From assembly GCA_963775465.1 (NCBI GenBank), contig CAVZIW010000001.1:366697-430696 (forward strand): a DNA stretch of 64,000 nt, in the 5' to 3' direction. Both the position numbers and the translations under genes were made by a program. Below are positions 40,877 through 51,405 of the stretch, one piece after another (the first letter of the stretch is position 1; each line of letters begins with the position of its first letter). A model generated the notes under the pieces. It did no database searches. It had not been told where the DNA came from and saw only the letters and a list, made by a program, of their open reading frames with translations. This DNA is from Candidatus Bathyarchaeota archaeon. Its GTDB lineage: Archaea; Thermoproteota; Bathyarchaeia; Bathyarchaeales; Bathycorpusculaceae.

Positions 40877-40977
40877 TAGAAGTAAATGTTAATTTGATTT
40901 TGCACGCGCTTAATATCTACCTTTCCATAAAATAATGCATATTAAATCTATGAAAGCTCAAATAAACCAAAAAAAGG

Positions 40978-42144
40978 TTAAGACGAAGGCTCAGGACGAG
41001 TGCCCAACGTAACAGTCAACTCAGTTGGAACATTTTCCCTCATCACCGTTAGATCAATGTTGTCACCTGGCAACGTGTACTGTTCCAGATAGCTAGCTAA
41101 GTTATCATTGTTTTTAATAACAGTCTGGTTCATAGCGATAATAATGTCATCAACATGGAGCACACCATCTGAGGGTCCACCGCTCACTATAGTTTTTATT
41201 TGCCAACCATAAGTCACACTTGAATGAGCTTGTTTAGCTAAAGCGTAATCCATGTCTTGTCCCGTCACACCCAAATACGAATGCCCACTATAGTGACCCG
41301 AGGAAATTAACGCTGATATTTCCCTAAGTATAGTATCTGACGGGATAGCAAAACCTAACCCTTGAGATTCAGAAACAATCGCCGTCGTAATACCTACAAC
41401 GTTACCGACAGCGTTAAGCAAGGGGCCACCAGAGTTTCCAGGGTTAATCGGAGTACTTGTCTGAATGATGTTTGCAATAGCAAAGCCTCCAGCTGTATCT
41501 TCCTGAATCGTTCTTCCTGTTGCACTAACAACTCCCGTAGTTAAAGAACCAACCAATCCATAGGGATTCCCGATAGCAATAACGGGTTCACCCACACCCA
41601 AAGAAGAAGAACTAACAATAGTTACTGGCTTAAACGCCGAATCAGGGGCACCACTTACAGAAACCACAGCCAAATCAGAATAAGGATCAGTTCCAAGAAC
41701 CGTAGCTCCGTAACCTTGTCCATCTGAAAAGGTAACACTTAAACTGGTTGTGTCTTGAACAACATGATAGTTAGTTAAAACAACATTTCTGCCAGCAAAA
41801 TTGTAGACAAAACCAGAGCCCTGCACACCACCATCGCTAGTTTCACCTTGAACTAAAACTATCGAATCCCGAAGATTCGTGTAAATTTGTGCATAAGAAG
41901 TCTCATTCTGCAATATGGTAATGTTCTGATAAGTGGCATTCTGGAACCCTTGCAAATCTGAAAATTCATTTTGCAAGAGTGAAAGTTTACCATTCAATGT
42001 TGCTACCTGATGGTAAGAAACAAAGTAAACAAGTAGTCCTCCAACTAGCACTCCCGCAACAAACAGAAGCATGAAGATACTAACTGAAGCTTTGCCATAG
42101 CCCTTGGATGCAAACATTCGATTCGCCTTCAAAAAGAAGAGCAA
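40978..42144 (-). CDS. htrA: HtrA/DegP-like membrane-anchored serine protease with PDZ domain
   Basis: TNYHVV, DLAV, INPGNSGGPL; TM anchor; C-terminal PDZ. Confidence 0.93.
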   Translation of the reverse strand: MLFFLKANRMFASKGYGKASVSIFMLLFVAGVLVGGLLVYFVSYHQVATLNGKLSLLQNEFSDLQGFQNATYQNITILQNETSYAQIYTNLRDSIVLVQGETSDGGVQGSGFVYNFAGRNVVLTNYHVVQDTTSLSVTFSDGQGYGATVLGTDPYSDLAVVSVSGAPDSAFKPVTIVSSSSLGVGEPVIAIGNPYGLVGSLTTGVVSATGRTIQEDTAGGFAIANIIQTSTPINPGNSGGPLLNAVGNVVGITTAIVSESQGLGFAIPSDTILREISALISSGHYSGHSYLGVTGQDMDYALAKQAHSSVTYGWQIKTIVSGGPSDGVLHVDDIIIAMNQTVIKNNDNLASYLEQYTLPGDNIDLTVMRENVPTELTVTLGTRPEPSS

Positions 42145-42167
42145 ATAATGAAGATAAAAGTTGCTGT

Positions 42168-43169
42168 TTATCTTCGATCGATAAGATCCAAAGCTCCAGG
42201 TCCGGTACCGATAAAAACTATGGGAATGCCAGTTCGGGTTTCAACTTCTTTGATGAAGTCTTTTGCTTCATTAGGCAAATCACCATAATTTCTTGCGCCC
42301 CTACAGCTTGGGTAGATAATGTCAAGCTTAGTCAGGGCACCTTTTGTAGCACCATTTATCTTGGCTGTTTTCTTCGCCAATTCAAAATCAAAAGGCGCAC
42401 TACGACGTTCCCTACCTGTTCCAGCTGCTACCTCAAACCAACCACGCTTCTGCGCTTCTTCTTTAGTTATCTCACCCGGCAAAGGTCCAGCACCAACTCT
42501 AGTTATAAACGATTTAAAAACGATTATTACATCATCAACTCTGGTGGGTCCAACACCTGCTTCTGAAGCAATAGCTGAAGCCCCTGTATCTCGACTTGTC
42601 ACATATGGGTATCCTCCACTCAAGAAAAGAGATAACATAAAACCCTGAGTTCCTTCCAGAAGAACACTTTTGCCTTCATCCAGACCTTTGTTAACTTCAG
42701 CAACTTGATCGCAAATATACGGCTTTAGTTCAGGCATGTCTTTGGCAAGTTTAGCAGTGCGTCTAACACGTTCCTCAATGGCAGGCCCAACTCCCCAGCC
42801 AGTAGTTCCAATACCTTTGTTGACAGCGCTCGCTTTGTCCTGGTCACTATGCTTCTGTTCAATAATAGAGGCATTTTGGTCTATACCAACAAGCTTTGCA
42901 TCAGCCTTAGTAAGTTCCATCTCTTTGAAGAATTGACCTACATGAACGTTTGCGCCGGCTGCAACTAAAAGACGCGTTTTTGGGTTTATAAAAGCAGCAG
43001 GAACCATGTGAAGAGCATATTTCTTACCTTCATACCAAATGGTATGAGCCGCGTTCACAGAACCAGTACGGACACAAAAATCAAGGTTATCTTTCAGAGC
43101 TAAATACGAGATAATTTTTCCTTTACCTTCATCTCCCCAGAAGGCACCAACAATTATTGAACAAGGCAT
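42168..43169 (-). CDS. purA: Adenylosuccinate synthetase (short archaeal type)
   Basis: GDEGKGK, EGTQG, YPYVTSRD, TRVGAGPL, TKLD. Confidence 0.96.
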   Translation of the reverse strand: MPCSIIVGAFWGDEGKGKIISYLALKDNLDFCVRTGSVNAAHTIWYEGKKYALHMVPAAFINPKTRLLVAAGANVHVGQFFKEMELTKADAKLVGIDQNASIIEQKHSDQDKASAVNKGIGTTGWGVGPAIEERVRRTAKLAKDMPELKPYICDQVAEVNKGLDEGKSVLLEGTQGFMLSLFLSGGYPYVTSRDTGASAIASEAGVGPTRVDDVIIVFKSFITRVGAGPLPGEITKEEAQKRGWFEVAAGTGRERRSAPFDFELAKKTAKINGATKGALTKLDIIYPSCRGARNYGDLPNEAKDFIKEVETRTGIPIVFIGTGPGALDLIDRR

Positions 43170-43327
43170 AACGATTCACCTTTTGAACAGTCAGATTAAG
43201 AATTATTTAAAGTATTAGGATTCAGCTTTGAAAAGAAAACAAATGAATTCCCTATAGAAACAATTCAACAAAACAAAAAATCGGCTAAAGCACAATAAAC
43301 TTGCAGCGTCTGCAACAAATGTTCAAG

Positions 43328-43708
43328 TTAATGACGCCTTTTGACAGCTTCGGAATCAATTTCTGAAAGCAATTTTATTACCCTCTTTCCTTTTTGGCTT
43401 TTTTCTTGTTCCGATATCGTATTTCTGGACTCGCAAATGCTATCTAGAATAATTCCGTTTTCCTCGTCAAGAATAACTGGATAAACTCTGCAACCCGAAG
43501 GCCTATCAGCATAAACGCGGCATTCGTGTTTTATAAGATTATAAAAGATGCAATATCCGTCCAAGTTTTTGAGCTGTGCATAACCTTGTTTATCATACTT
43601 GGCAAATTGCTTTCTGCTGTAACCTTTTTCTTCCAAGCGTTTAATGTCTTTTTTTGAGAGTAACATTTCTGTTTCGGTACAGCATACTCCACAGTTTGAG
43701 CAACGCAT
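43328..43708 (-). CDS. YkgJ family CxxCxxCC Fe-S/Zn cluster protein
   Basis: CSNCGVCC, CIFY, CRVYADRPSGCRVYP. Confidence 0.9.
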   Translation of the reverse strand: MRCSNCGVCCTETEMLLSKKDIKRLEEKGYSRKQFAKYDKQGYAQLKNLDGYCIFYNLIKHECRVYADRPSGCRVYPVILDEENGIILDSICESRNTISEQEKSQKGKRVIKLLSEIDSEAVKRRH

Positions 43709-43762
43709 GAACCATAAAAATACGCGGTGATATTTGTCCTTTGTCTGGTCTATGCCAGCTTT

Positions 43763-44002
43763 TTAAGCCGAAATGTGCATTAAACTAACGTTGAGCATTT
43801 CAGCCCAAGCGATACTTCGCATCGGTATACGGGTACTTCTGCGCTTTTTAGGAGGAGCATATTCGATTTGATTGTTGTTTTTCCCCGCCACTTTGTGCAG
43901 TTTGGTTAATTGAACATTAACGATAACTGAACCGTCTTTTAAATGCAGATTTACGTTTTTCCCTATGAAAGATTTTGCACTACTAACACTAAAATTATCC
44001 AT
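43763..44002 (-). CDS. Small Sm/LSm-like protein
   Basis: FIGKNVNLHLKDGSVIVNV, IPMRSIAWAE resemble Sm1/Sm2 motifs. Confidence 0.55.
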   Translation of the reverse strand: MDNFSVSSAKSFIGKNVNLHLKDGSVIVNVQLTKLHKVAGKNNNQIEYAPPKKRRSTRIPMRSIAWAEMLNVSLMHISA

Positions 44003-44004
44003 AC

Positions 44005-44142
44005 TTACCATTCCTCGTCTTCGTCTGCAATCTTAATCCAGCATTGTTGACAAATAGGCAAGTTTTCACCTTTTAATTGAATATACAGCTTTATGTTTTC
44101 ATTCTTGCAGGATCCTTTCCAAGGGTTTTTACAATGCTCCAA
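44005..44142 (-). CDS. 45-aa zinc-finger microprotein
   Basis: Manual translation MEHCKNPWKGSCKNENIKLYIQLKGENLPICQQCWIKIADEDEEW; GAGGA SD; abuts next gene. Confidence 0.7.
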   Translation of the reverse strand: MEHCKNPWKGSCKNENIKLYIQLKGENLPICQQCWIKIADEDEEW

Positions 44143-44319
44143 TTTTTATTCCTCAAAAAACCAATGTGATGTTTTTGCTCTTAAAGCACACCTTAGAAAG
44201 ACTGCTACATGCAGAGGAGAGCTAGCTGAAAGTAAAATCTATAAGAGCAAAATGGGTTCTACTTTTAGAGCTAAAAATAGCTCAATCGATTCAACAACCT
44301 ATTGATCTTCTGCTACTGG

Positions 44320-44862
44320 TTAAAGCTCAATTATCTGTGGCATAATGGATTCTTTTGTGATTTTTAAGATGGCAACTGAAGGCTTGTTCGTAATTGATGC
44401 CGGATCAGTTGGGCTGCCTGGGTTAATATAAAGGATTTCTTCTTCCCAAGTGATATTTGCTGCATGCGTATGACCATAGACAAAAACGTTAAAAGAGTTT
44501 TGTTTAGTTATTTCCCGCATCTTGCCGAATCCTGAATGGATATCTGGATCATGCATTACGCCTATTTTCATATCAAAAACTTTAAGCTGATTGAGTTTTG
44601 GCAGAGCACCCATCGTTTCCATGTTATCCATGTTACCGTGAACTGCTAAAACTGGCGCTATCTGTTCTAATTCATCAACAACAGTTAACTCAACCAAATC
44701 ACCTGCATGAATAATGTAGTCAATATTCTGAAAAATCTCAAAAACTTTTTCGGGAACTTTTAGAGCTCTTTTTGGAACATGCGTATCAGAGATTAGACCA
44801 ATAGTTTTCGTAACTTTGAAGTCTGGGGGATCTTTACCTATTAACGCTTGTCCATTGAGCAT
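44320..44862 (-). CDS. YfcE/MJ0936 family metallophosphoesterase
   Basis: SDTH, HAGD, GNMD, GHTH, NPGS. Confidence 0.92.
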   Translation of the reverse strand: MLNGQALIGKDPPDFKVTKTIGLISDTHVPKRALKVPEKVFEIFQNIDYIIHAGDLVELTVVDELEQIAPVLAVHGNMDNMETMGALPKLNQLKVFDMKIGVMHDPDIHSGFGKMREITKQNSFNVFVYGHTHAANITWEEEILYINPGSPTDPASITNKPSVAILKITKESIMPQIIEL

Positions 44863-44968
44863 GTTACTTTTTGCCTCTTGATTAGGCGAATTATAGTATG
44901 CATTACGAGGGTTAGTAATAAAAACTAAACTATCAAAAAAATAAAAATGGTTGTAGAAATTCGAAGAA

Positions 44969-46327
44969 TTAAGTCATAAATCGCTTCACTGCTTCGTAAA
45001 ATATGCTTGTTCCGAAAACCAAGTTCTCTATTGTTATCCGTTCATCAATGCCGTGCATACGTTTTTCCAATTCATCGTTAGGTTCATCTGGACGCATAGG
45101 ATGAAAACCGTAACAAACACTTCCCGTTTCCCTAAAGAAACGCGAATCAGTTCCACCAGTAGTTAAGGTTGGAGTTACTCGACAGTTTGGCTCAAACTCC
45201 TGCAAAACGTTACTTATTTCATCAAATAGAGGTGTTTTTGTTGAAGATTCGTTACCATCATGAATCTGGATAATTTCAAAGCTTAACTTATCGAGCCCTA
45301 CATCTTTAAGTAAGCTCTTAAACAAAGAAAGAGTTGCATCAACACTCTGACCCGGCAAGACACGACAATCGAAGACCGCTTCGCATTCAGAAGGAATAAT
45401 ATTTTCTTTGATCCCTCCGTGAATGATTGTTGGAGTAACAGTGGTTTTGATGCGAGGCCTAATTTCCTCAGCCAACATCTTTTCAGTTTCTGCTAACTCA
45501 TCAAGAATTTGTTCACTTTGGTCAGGATTGCGAAGAAGACGCGAAAAATGTGTTTCAAGATCAGGGTTAATTTTTACGATTTCATTCAAGAATTGACTTA
45601 GCGTTGGAGTAAAGAAAGTTTCGGGTTGGTATTCACAGAGTTTTGTTATAACCTTATTCATTCGCACAATCGCGTTGTCTGCCGTGTTAGGCGTGGAGCC
45701 ATGTCCAGGAGCGCCTTTGGCTTTTATTTTAAACCAAAGAATACCTTTCTCTGCTGTCTGCACAGGATAAACGTTACCTCTTTTCTGCGGAATAGCTAAT
45801 CCTCCACCTTCATTTAGCACATAGGGACACCAAATTTTTTGTTTGTAATCTCGGAGCAAATAACCTGCACCTTCTTCGCCGCCTTTCTCTTCATCTGCTG
45901 TTGCCGCCAAAACAACATCTCCTTTCAACGGAACTTTATTCTTCTTAAGCAACTTTAATGTAAAAACTTCAACTGCGGTCATACCTTTCATGTCATAAGC
46001 ACCCCTTCCATAAACATAGCCATCTTTTATGGTTCCAGCAAACGGGTCAACGCTCCATTCCCCGGGATTTGCAGCAACAACATCAAGATGTGAAAGCAAC
46101 AATAAATTTGGTTTTTCGCCTGTTCCCTTAAGTCTTGTAATAACGCTGCCTCTGCCCGGAGCTGATTCGATGATTTCTGGAGAAAAACCGTCTTTAGTAA
46201 GATCCTTTGCAATAAAGTCTGCAGCTTGTACCTCGTTTCCAGGAGGATTAGTTGTGTTTATTTTTATTAATTGACTCAGGAAATGCGTAATTTCTTCTTT
46301 AATCTCAGTTAACATTTGAATTGGCAT
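44969..46327 (-). CDS. M20/M25/M40 family metallopeptidase
   Basis: SHLDVV, GRGAYDMKG, DEEKGG, GGTDSR, HGIDER. Confidence 0.93.
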   Translation of the reverse strand: MPIQMLTEIKEEITHFLSQLIKINTTNPPGNEVQAADFIAKDLTKDGFSPEIIESAPGRGSVITRLKGTGEKPNLLLLSHLDVVAANPGEWSVDPFAGTIKDGYVYGRGAYDMKGMTAVEVFTLKLLKKNKVPLKGDVVLAATADEEKGGEEGAGYLLRDYKQKIWCPYVLNEGGGLAIPQKRGNVYPVQTAEKGILWFKIKAKGAPGHGSTPNTADNAIVRMNKVITKLCEYQPETFFTPTLSQFLNEIVKINPDLETHFSRLLRNPDQSEQILDELAETEKMLAEEIRPRIKTTVTPTIIHGGIKENIIPSECEAVFDCRVLPGQSVDATLSLFKSLLKDVGLDKLSFEIIQIHDGNESSTKTPLFDEISNVLQEFEPNCRVTPTLTTGGTDSRFFRETGSVCYGFHPMRPDEPNDELEKRMHGIDERITIENLVFGTSIFYEAVKRFMT

Positions 46328-46484
46328 TTTTCGAGGCGCCTCACTGTGCTAAAGGCGATTTTTCTCTTAAGAGTTGCTGTTGTGTGCTCATATTACATTG
46401 AACCGGTTTTGTTGATTATTTAACATGATGTTTATATATGATGCACAAAAATGCTATTGAATAGAAAAAAACGAGCGGATTGCA

Positions 46485-46994
46485 ATGAAAGAATTAAAAC
46501 CGATAGATTACAAAATTCTGTTTGAGCTCATGAAAGACTCCCACAGAAGTGATAGGCAACTTGCAAAAGCCTTGGGTGTTTCTCAGCCTACTGTGACCCG
46601 AAGACGCGCAATGCTAGAAGAGAATTATATTGAAGGGTACACTGTTATCCCCAAATTCGGGCAAATCGGCTTTGAGATTGCATCAATAACATTTTTGAAG
46701 AGTAAATTAAAATATCAAAGGAATGAAGATAAAAACCAATCACTGGTTAAGATGAAAGAATGGTATCTAAAACAACCCAATGTCATAATGGTTTTAGATG
46801 GCAGAGGAATGGGTTGGGATGCAGTTTGTATTTCTATACACGAAAGCTTTGAGGACTTTGCAAAATTCATCAGAGCCCACGATTCAGAACTATCCGATTG
46901 GGTAATTGAAAGCCAAACATTCCACTCTGACTTGAAGGGCGGAATAACAATCAAACCATTCCACCTAAAATATTTGGCTTCACTAAAACAATAA
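46485..46994 (+). CDS. Lrp/AsnC family transcriptional regulator
   Basis: IDYKILFELMKDSHRSDRQLAKALGVSQPTVTRR. Confidence 0.9.
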   Translation: MKELKPIDYKILFELMKDSHRSDRQLAKALGVSQPTVTRRRAMLEENYIEGYTVIPKFGQIGFEIASITFLKSKLKYQRNEDKNQSLVKMKEWYLKQPNVIMVLDGRGMGWDAVCISIHESFEDFAKFIRAHDSELSDWVIESQTFHSDLKGGITIKPFHLKYLASLKQ

Positions 46995-47301
46995 TACGCC
47001 TAAAACAGGCCTTTTTCCTTTTTTATTGGTCTTTTTAGTCAACACTAAACAGAAATATTAATTATCTTCAAGTTTAAACGCGTCATCGCCGGATTTTATG
47101 GAAACTTATCTTCGGTTACTTTTCTTCAACAGCTTTTTCTTAGGCAACTTGGGTTTTTTTACCCTATCTGCATCTGCGGTCAAACAATCACCAACAAAAT
47201 ATTAGGAGTATTTGGCGGATATAAAGTAATTCCAGTTACCTTAAATCGAAAAGTAGAGTTAGAGTTAAGAAATCGTCCTTGTCAATTTGAAGTTAAATAT
47301 T

Positions 47302-48597
47302 TTATTCACTATTTTCCTTTGCTTTGCTCTTTCCGAATCTAAACTTTGCTGTCAAGATCTTTTCTGTCGCAAAAAGTCTTGAGGCAATATACATTATAAT
47401 TAAAGTGAACAACGCAACATATATTATCCCGAAAAGAACAGTTGCGTAGTCGCCTGTAACTACAGCTTTTGAAGCAAGGATTGGGTGGCTATAAGGTATA
47501 GCATAAAACACTGCTTTTAAGACCAAGGGTAACGTATTCACATCAAGGTAAACTAAAGCTAAGGATGGAATAAAAATAAGTGGATAAATATAACCCACCA
47601 ACGCTTGAGCTCCACGAACATTCTCACTAAACGCTGACATTACAACAGCTAATGCTAAAGCAGATAACAAGGTAAAAAATAAGCTAACACCAAGCAAAAT
47701 ATATCCTAAAACATTGGGCACCAAACCCAAAGCAACCAAATTGACCCCAGAACCCAAACTGCTCGTTAAACCTGTGGATATAGACCCAATCATATAGTTG
47801 TAACCGATCAAAACAGTAACGGCTGCAACACCTGCTACAATTATAGTGCTAGAAACTTTTCCCATCAAAATAGCAAATCGATCTACCGGAACTGTAAGAA
47901 GTGTCTCTAAGGTTTTCTCCTCTTTTTCCATCGCTACGCTTGTCGCAGCAATCTGCATAGCATAAGTGAGCATAATCATAATTGTAATCGGTAGAGCAAT
48001 TGCCTGCGAGAGCAACAAACCCGAAAGAGCACTAGAATCTACGCCATATTCAATCTGACCTTTAATAATACTACTCTGTGAAATCTGGACCAAATCAGGA
48101 GCAACTGCACGGTTAAAACCTCCAACTACAGCTGCCACAGTATTTCCACTCATCCCACTGAAAATTCCGCCACCCCCACTAAAGACACCATAAACGTTAA
48201 CTAAACCTGTCACATTCCAGGTCCCGTCAATATGAGCAGTCAGGTTTTGGCTAAATCCTGAGGGCAACTCAACAAGTGTAGTGCTATTATTTTTCGCAAG
48301 CAAGCCCTGATCCAATACAATTTGTGGAGATACATTCTCAATAAGAACAATTTTCAGAGTTCTATTTAGATACCCAACAAAAACTTTGCTCCAATTACCT
48401 CCATCATTGTTGGTTACCAGTAGAGTTGCTGTTTGTGCTTCGGTCTGTGCGGATTGAACAGCATACCCCATAACTAAACCCAAAACGGGAAACATAATTA
48501 GGGGCAAAACTATCATTCCGACAAGGATTTTTGGATCACGCATCAGTTCTTTTAATTCCTTAAGAAGAATTATTGTAAAACCTTTAAGCATAGCCAA
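47302..48597 (-). CDS. ABC-2 type transporter permease (NatB-like)
   Basis: KELKELMRD, EKEEKTLETLLTVPV, GK motif, multiple TM. Confidence 0.9.
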   Translation of the reverse strand: MAMLKGFTIILLKELKELMRDPKILVGMIVLPLIMFPVLGLVMGYAVQSAQTEAQTATLLVTNNDGGNWSKVFVGYLNRTLKIVLIENVSPQIVLDQGLLAKNNSTTLVELPSGFSQNLTAHIDGTWNVTGLVNVYGVFSGGGGIFSGMSGNTVAAVVGGFNRAVAPDLVQISQSSIIKGQIEYGVDSSALSGLLLSQAIALPITIMIMLTYAMQIAATSVAMEKEEKTLETLLTVPVDRFAILMGKVSSTIIVAGVAAVTVLIGYNYMIGSISTGLTSSLGSGVNLVALGLVPNVLGYILLGVSLFFTLLSALALAVVMSAFSENVRGAQALVGYIYPLIFIPSLALVYLDVNTLPLVLKAVFYAIPYSHPILASKAVVTGDYATVLFGIIYVALFTLIIMYIASRLFATEKILTAKFRFGKSKAKENSE

Positions 48598-49324
48598 CTA
48601 CCTTCATAAAAACCTCTTCCAAATTTTCACACTTGTACTCTGCTTTAAGGACCTTAGGTTTGCCTTCTAAGATGAGTTTACCTTTGTTTATAAGCGATAC
48701 ACGGTCACAGAGGTATTCTACTTCAAGCATGTTATGACTACTGAGAAGCACCGTTAAACCGTGTTCTTTGACATACCTCTTAATGATTTCTCTAATATGG
48801 TAAGCATGAATTATATCTAAACCGCTTGCAGGTTCATCTAGTACAGCTAATTTGGGTTGAGTCATTAAGGCGCGAGCTACAAGCAAACGCCTTTTCATAC
48901 CCTTGCTGTAAGTCTTGGTTCTATCACTTAGTCGGCTTCCTAGACCACAGATATCAGCCGCCTCATTTGTCGTAACCTTGATGCTAGTGTTTGGCTTACG
49001 TTGTAGTTTAGCCATAAACTCAAGATACTCCATTCCCGTTAGGTTCTGATAAACGCCAGATTCTTCAGGTAAATAACTGATTATTTGACGTGTCTTTTCA
49101 GGTTGCTTAACTACGTCATTATCAAAAATTCTTATTGCCCCAGAAGTTGGCTTTATCAACGTGCAAATGATTCGCAAGCAAGTCGTTTTTCCAGCCCCAT
49201 TAGGTCCAATTAAGCCGTATATTTCTCCGGGTTTAATGTTAAAACTAACTCCATCAAGTGCACGAATTTGCCCAAACTGTTTAATCAAAGATAAGGCGTC
49301 AACAGCTAAACTCAAGGTTGCCAA
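48584..49324 (-). CDS. ABC transporter ATP-binding protein
   Basis: GPNGAGKTT, YSKGMKRR, LDEP, SSH. Confidence 0.95.
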   Translation of the reverse strand: MATLSLAVDALSLIKQFGQIRALDGVSFNIKPGEIYGLIGPNGAGKTTCLRIICTLIKPTSGAIRIFDNDVVKQPEKTRQIISYLPEESGVYQNLTGMEYLEFMAKLQRKPNTSIKVTTNEAADICGLGSRLSDRTKTYSKGMKRRLLVARALMTQPKLAVLDEPASGLDIIHAYHIREIIKRYVKEHGLTVLLSSHNMLEVEYLCDRVSLINKGKLILEGKPKVLKAEYKCENLEEVFMKVVGYA

Positions 49325-49377
49325 CTCTGCAACTTTTCTATTGCAAGCTTATTTAAATTTTTCAACATAAATAGAAC

Positions 49378-49626
49378 TTAGTTCTCGCCTAAACCTTCCA
49401 AATAATCGATAAATTTTTCTAAATCATCTTTGTTCATATGCATAATAGCCGAACGTTCCGCTTTTACGTATTTGCGGAATGATTCCAAGCACAAGTTGGC
49501 ACTCACATTTTCTTTAAATGTTCGAACTTGTTCGCGTTCAATTTTTATTCGGTATAATGTAGCTAAGAAAGTAGCGAAAACAACCAAAGTGTTGCTGACG
49601 ATTACGATTAAAGATATGTCAACCAT
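49378..49626 (-). CDS. Small single-TM hypothetical protein
   Basis: N-terminal hydrophobic helix. Confidence 0.5.
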   Translation of the reverse strand: MVDISLIVIVSNTLVVFATFLATLYRIKIEREQVRTFKENVSANLCLESFRKYVKAERSAIMHMNKDDLEKFIDYLEGLGEN

Positions 49627-49682
49627 GAGAGCTCACGCTTGATACTAAAGTAGAGAATTGGTATTTCTTACTTTTCCTTCCC

Positions 49683-50921
49683 CTATGGGTAACCGTTAGT
49701 TTCTGGAGGGAGAACTTTTTGGATGCGAAGTATTTTCCTAAATTCGTCTTCTTTTAGGGATGCCCGGCGACCGTTCGCATAAATTTGCTTCACTCTATCA
49801 ACGACTGTAGAAATGGTTTTGTCGTCCGGAACGTTTCCTGTCAGTTCAGTTATTTTGTGTTTAATAATACCTTTTCCAGATTGCTTGCCAATCGTTAACC
49901 GGCGTTGGTTGCCTACCAATTCAGGGGGATACGGCTCATAAGTCCATGGATCGTTTAGCACACCATGAGTATGGATACCTGATTCATGAGCAAAACCATA
50001 ATCGCCAACTATTGCTTTGTTTGGCGGTAGGATGTAGCCTGTTGCTTTTGCGATATAATCGGCGGTTGGTTTTAGTTTTTGTGTTTTGCCATTGTATTTT
50101 TGAACCCCGTAATGTAAGTATAAATTCAACAATATCTTCTCAGTTTCAGCGTTACCTGCACGTTCTCCAATTCCAAGGTATGTTGTACTAACGTAAATTT
50201 TTTCCCAAATACCTGAAGCTGCTTTAATTGCAGCCATCGTATTTTCAACAGCATTGCCAAAGTCATCATGCGCATGAATTTCAACGGCGCCAATTTTGGT
50301 TTCTTTTTTGATTGCAGCAACTTTTGCGGGAATACCATGCGGTAATGGGGCATCAAAATCTGACAAACCAATACCAACAGTGTCGCATATACGGTAACAT
50401 TCTGCTCCTGCGTCTGCGATAGCATCGATAAATTTTCGCTCAAAGTTCCAATCTGCACGTGTGCTGTCTTCTCCATGAACGAATGTTCTTAAGCCACAGG
50501 TTTTTGCAGCATACTCAGTTACATCAATTACGTTGGCTAAAATTTGCGCCTTGGTTTTTTCAGGCCATTTCGCCTTGAAATGTAAATCTGATACGGGATG
50601 TGAGATACCCACTTCTTTGAAACCACATTTGACGGCGCTGTCAATATCGTCTCTTACGGCTCGACACCAACCAGCAACGCGTAAATCTAGATTCAAATCC
50701 TCGATAAGCTTAGCTGCTTTCCTGTCTGGTTCTTGATAATGAAACATTTCAATACGTTCTACGCCCACTTCACTTAGCAGTTGGGCGATCTTTGCAGCAT
50801 CTTTGGGGCCTGCAGCTAATCCAGGCATTTGAATGCCATCACGAAGTGTCGTGTCGTCAATTACAGGTTCAGTCTTTAGAGGTTGCACCTTGAAATAGAA
50901 GTCTTTTAATTCCATTTTCAC
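49683..50921 (-). CDS. DRE-TIM acyltransferase without LeuA regulatory domain (homocitrate synthase / Re-citrate synthase-like)
   Basis: DTTLRDG, CDTVG, HAHDDFG, GIGERAGN, HESGIH. Confidence 0.88.
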   Translation of the reverse strand: MKMELKDFYFKVQPLKTEPVIDDTTLRDGIQMPGLAAGPKDAAKIAQLLSEVGVERIEMFHYQEPDRKAAKLIEDLNLDLRVAGWCRAVRDDIDSAVKCGFKEVGISHPVSDLHFKAKWPEKTKAQILANVIDVTEYAAKTCGLRTFVHGEDSTRADWNFERKFIDAIADAGAECYRICDTVGIGLSDFDAPLPHGIPAKVAAIKKETKIGAVEIHAHDDFGNAVENTMAAIKAASGIWEKIYVSTTYLGIGERAGNAETEKILLNLYLHYGVQKYNGKTQKLKPTADYIAKATGYILPPNKAIVGDYGFAHESGIHTHGVLNDPWTYEPYPPELVGNQRRLTIGKQSGKGIIKHKITELTGNVPDDKTISTVVDRVKQIYANGRRASLKEDEFRKILRIQKVLPPETNGYP

Positions 50922-51090
50922 TCAACTCTGTCTTGTTTTGCGCTTCTCCCAACACATTTTTGCAGCGCTAATTAACGCATACTTGCAATTGATAAATGTT
51001 TCTGCAACAATTATGAAGGTTTGTCTAGCTAATACTAGACTTAACTTCAGAATATATTGTCTTAACTTTTACTAAAACTTTACATTTAAA

Positions 51091-51405
51091 CTATCGAATA
51101 TTCTTGTACAATGCTTTAAGCGTACCAGAAACAGCCAAAACATGAACCGAGACATTCTTACCCGCAAAATTAACAATTGTCGCCAAAGAAGCCCGAACAG
51201 TCAACAAAGACTCAAGCGAAGTACGAATAACAACAATTTTTCTTTCAGCAACAAAGTTCATCAAAGCCAATCCTGTCAAACTAGCACCAACTTCCCCATA
51301 CAATTTGGTTACAGAGATCCAAATTGCATCCATAATTTCACGTTCACTTGGCACATCCTCGACTTCAAGTTGCAGTGCAAGGTACCGGCGTTTTGTACGT
51401 TTCAT
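51091..51405 (-). CDS. rnp2: RNase P protein Pop5/Rpp14
   Basis: KRRYL, LYGEVG, VSGTLKA. Confidence 0.9.
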   Translation of the reverse strand: MKRTKRRYLALQLEVEDVPSEREIMDAIWISVTKLYGEVGASLTGLALMNFVAERKIVVIRTSLESLLTVRASLATIVNFAGKNVSVHVLAVSGTLKALYKNIR

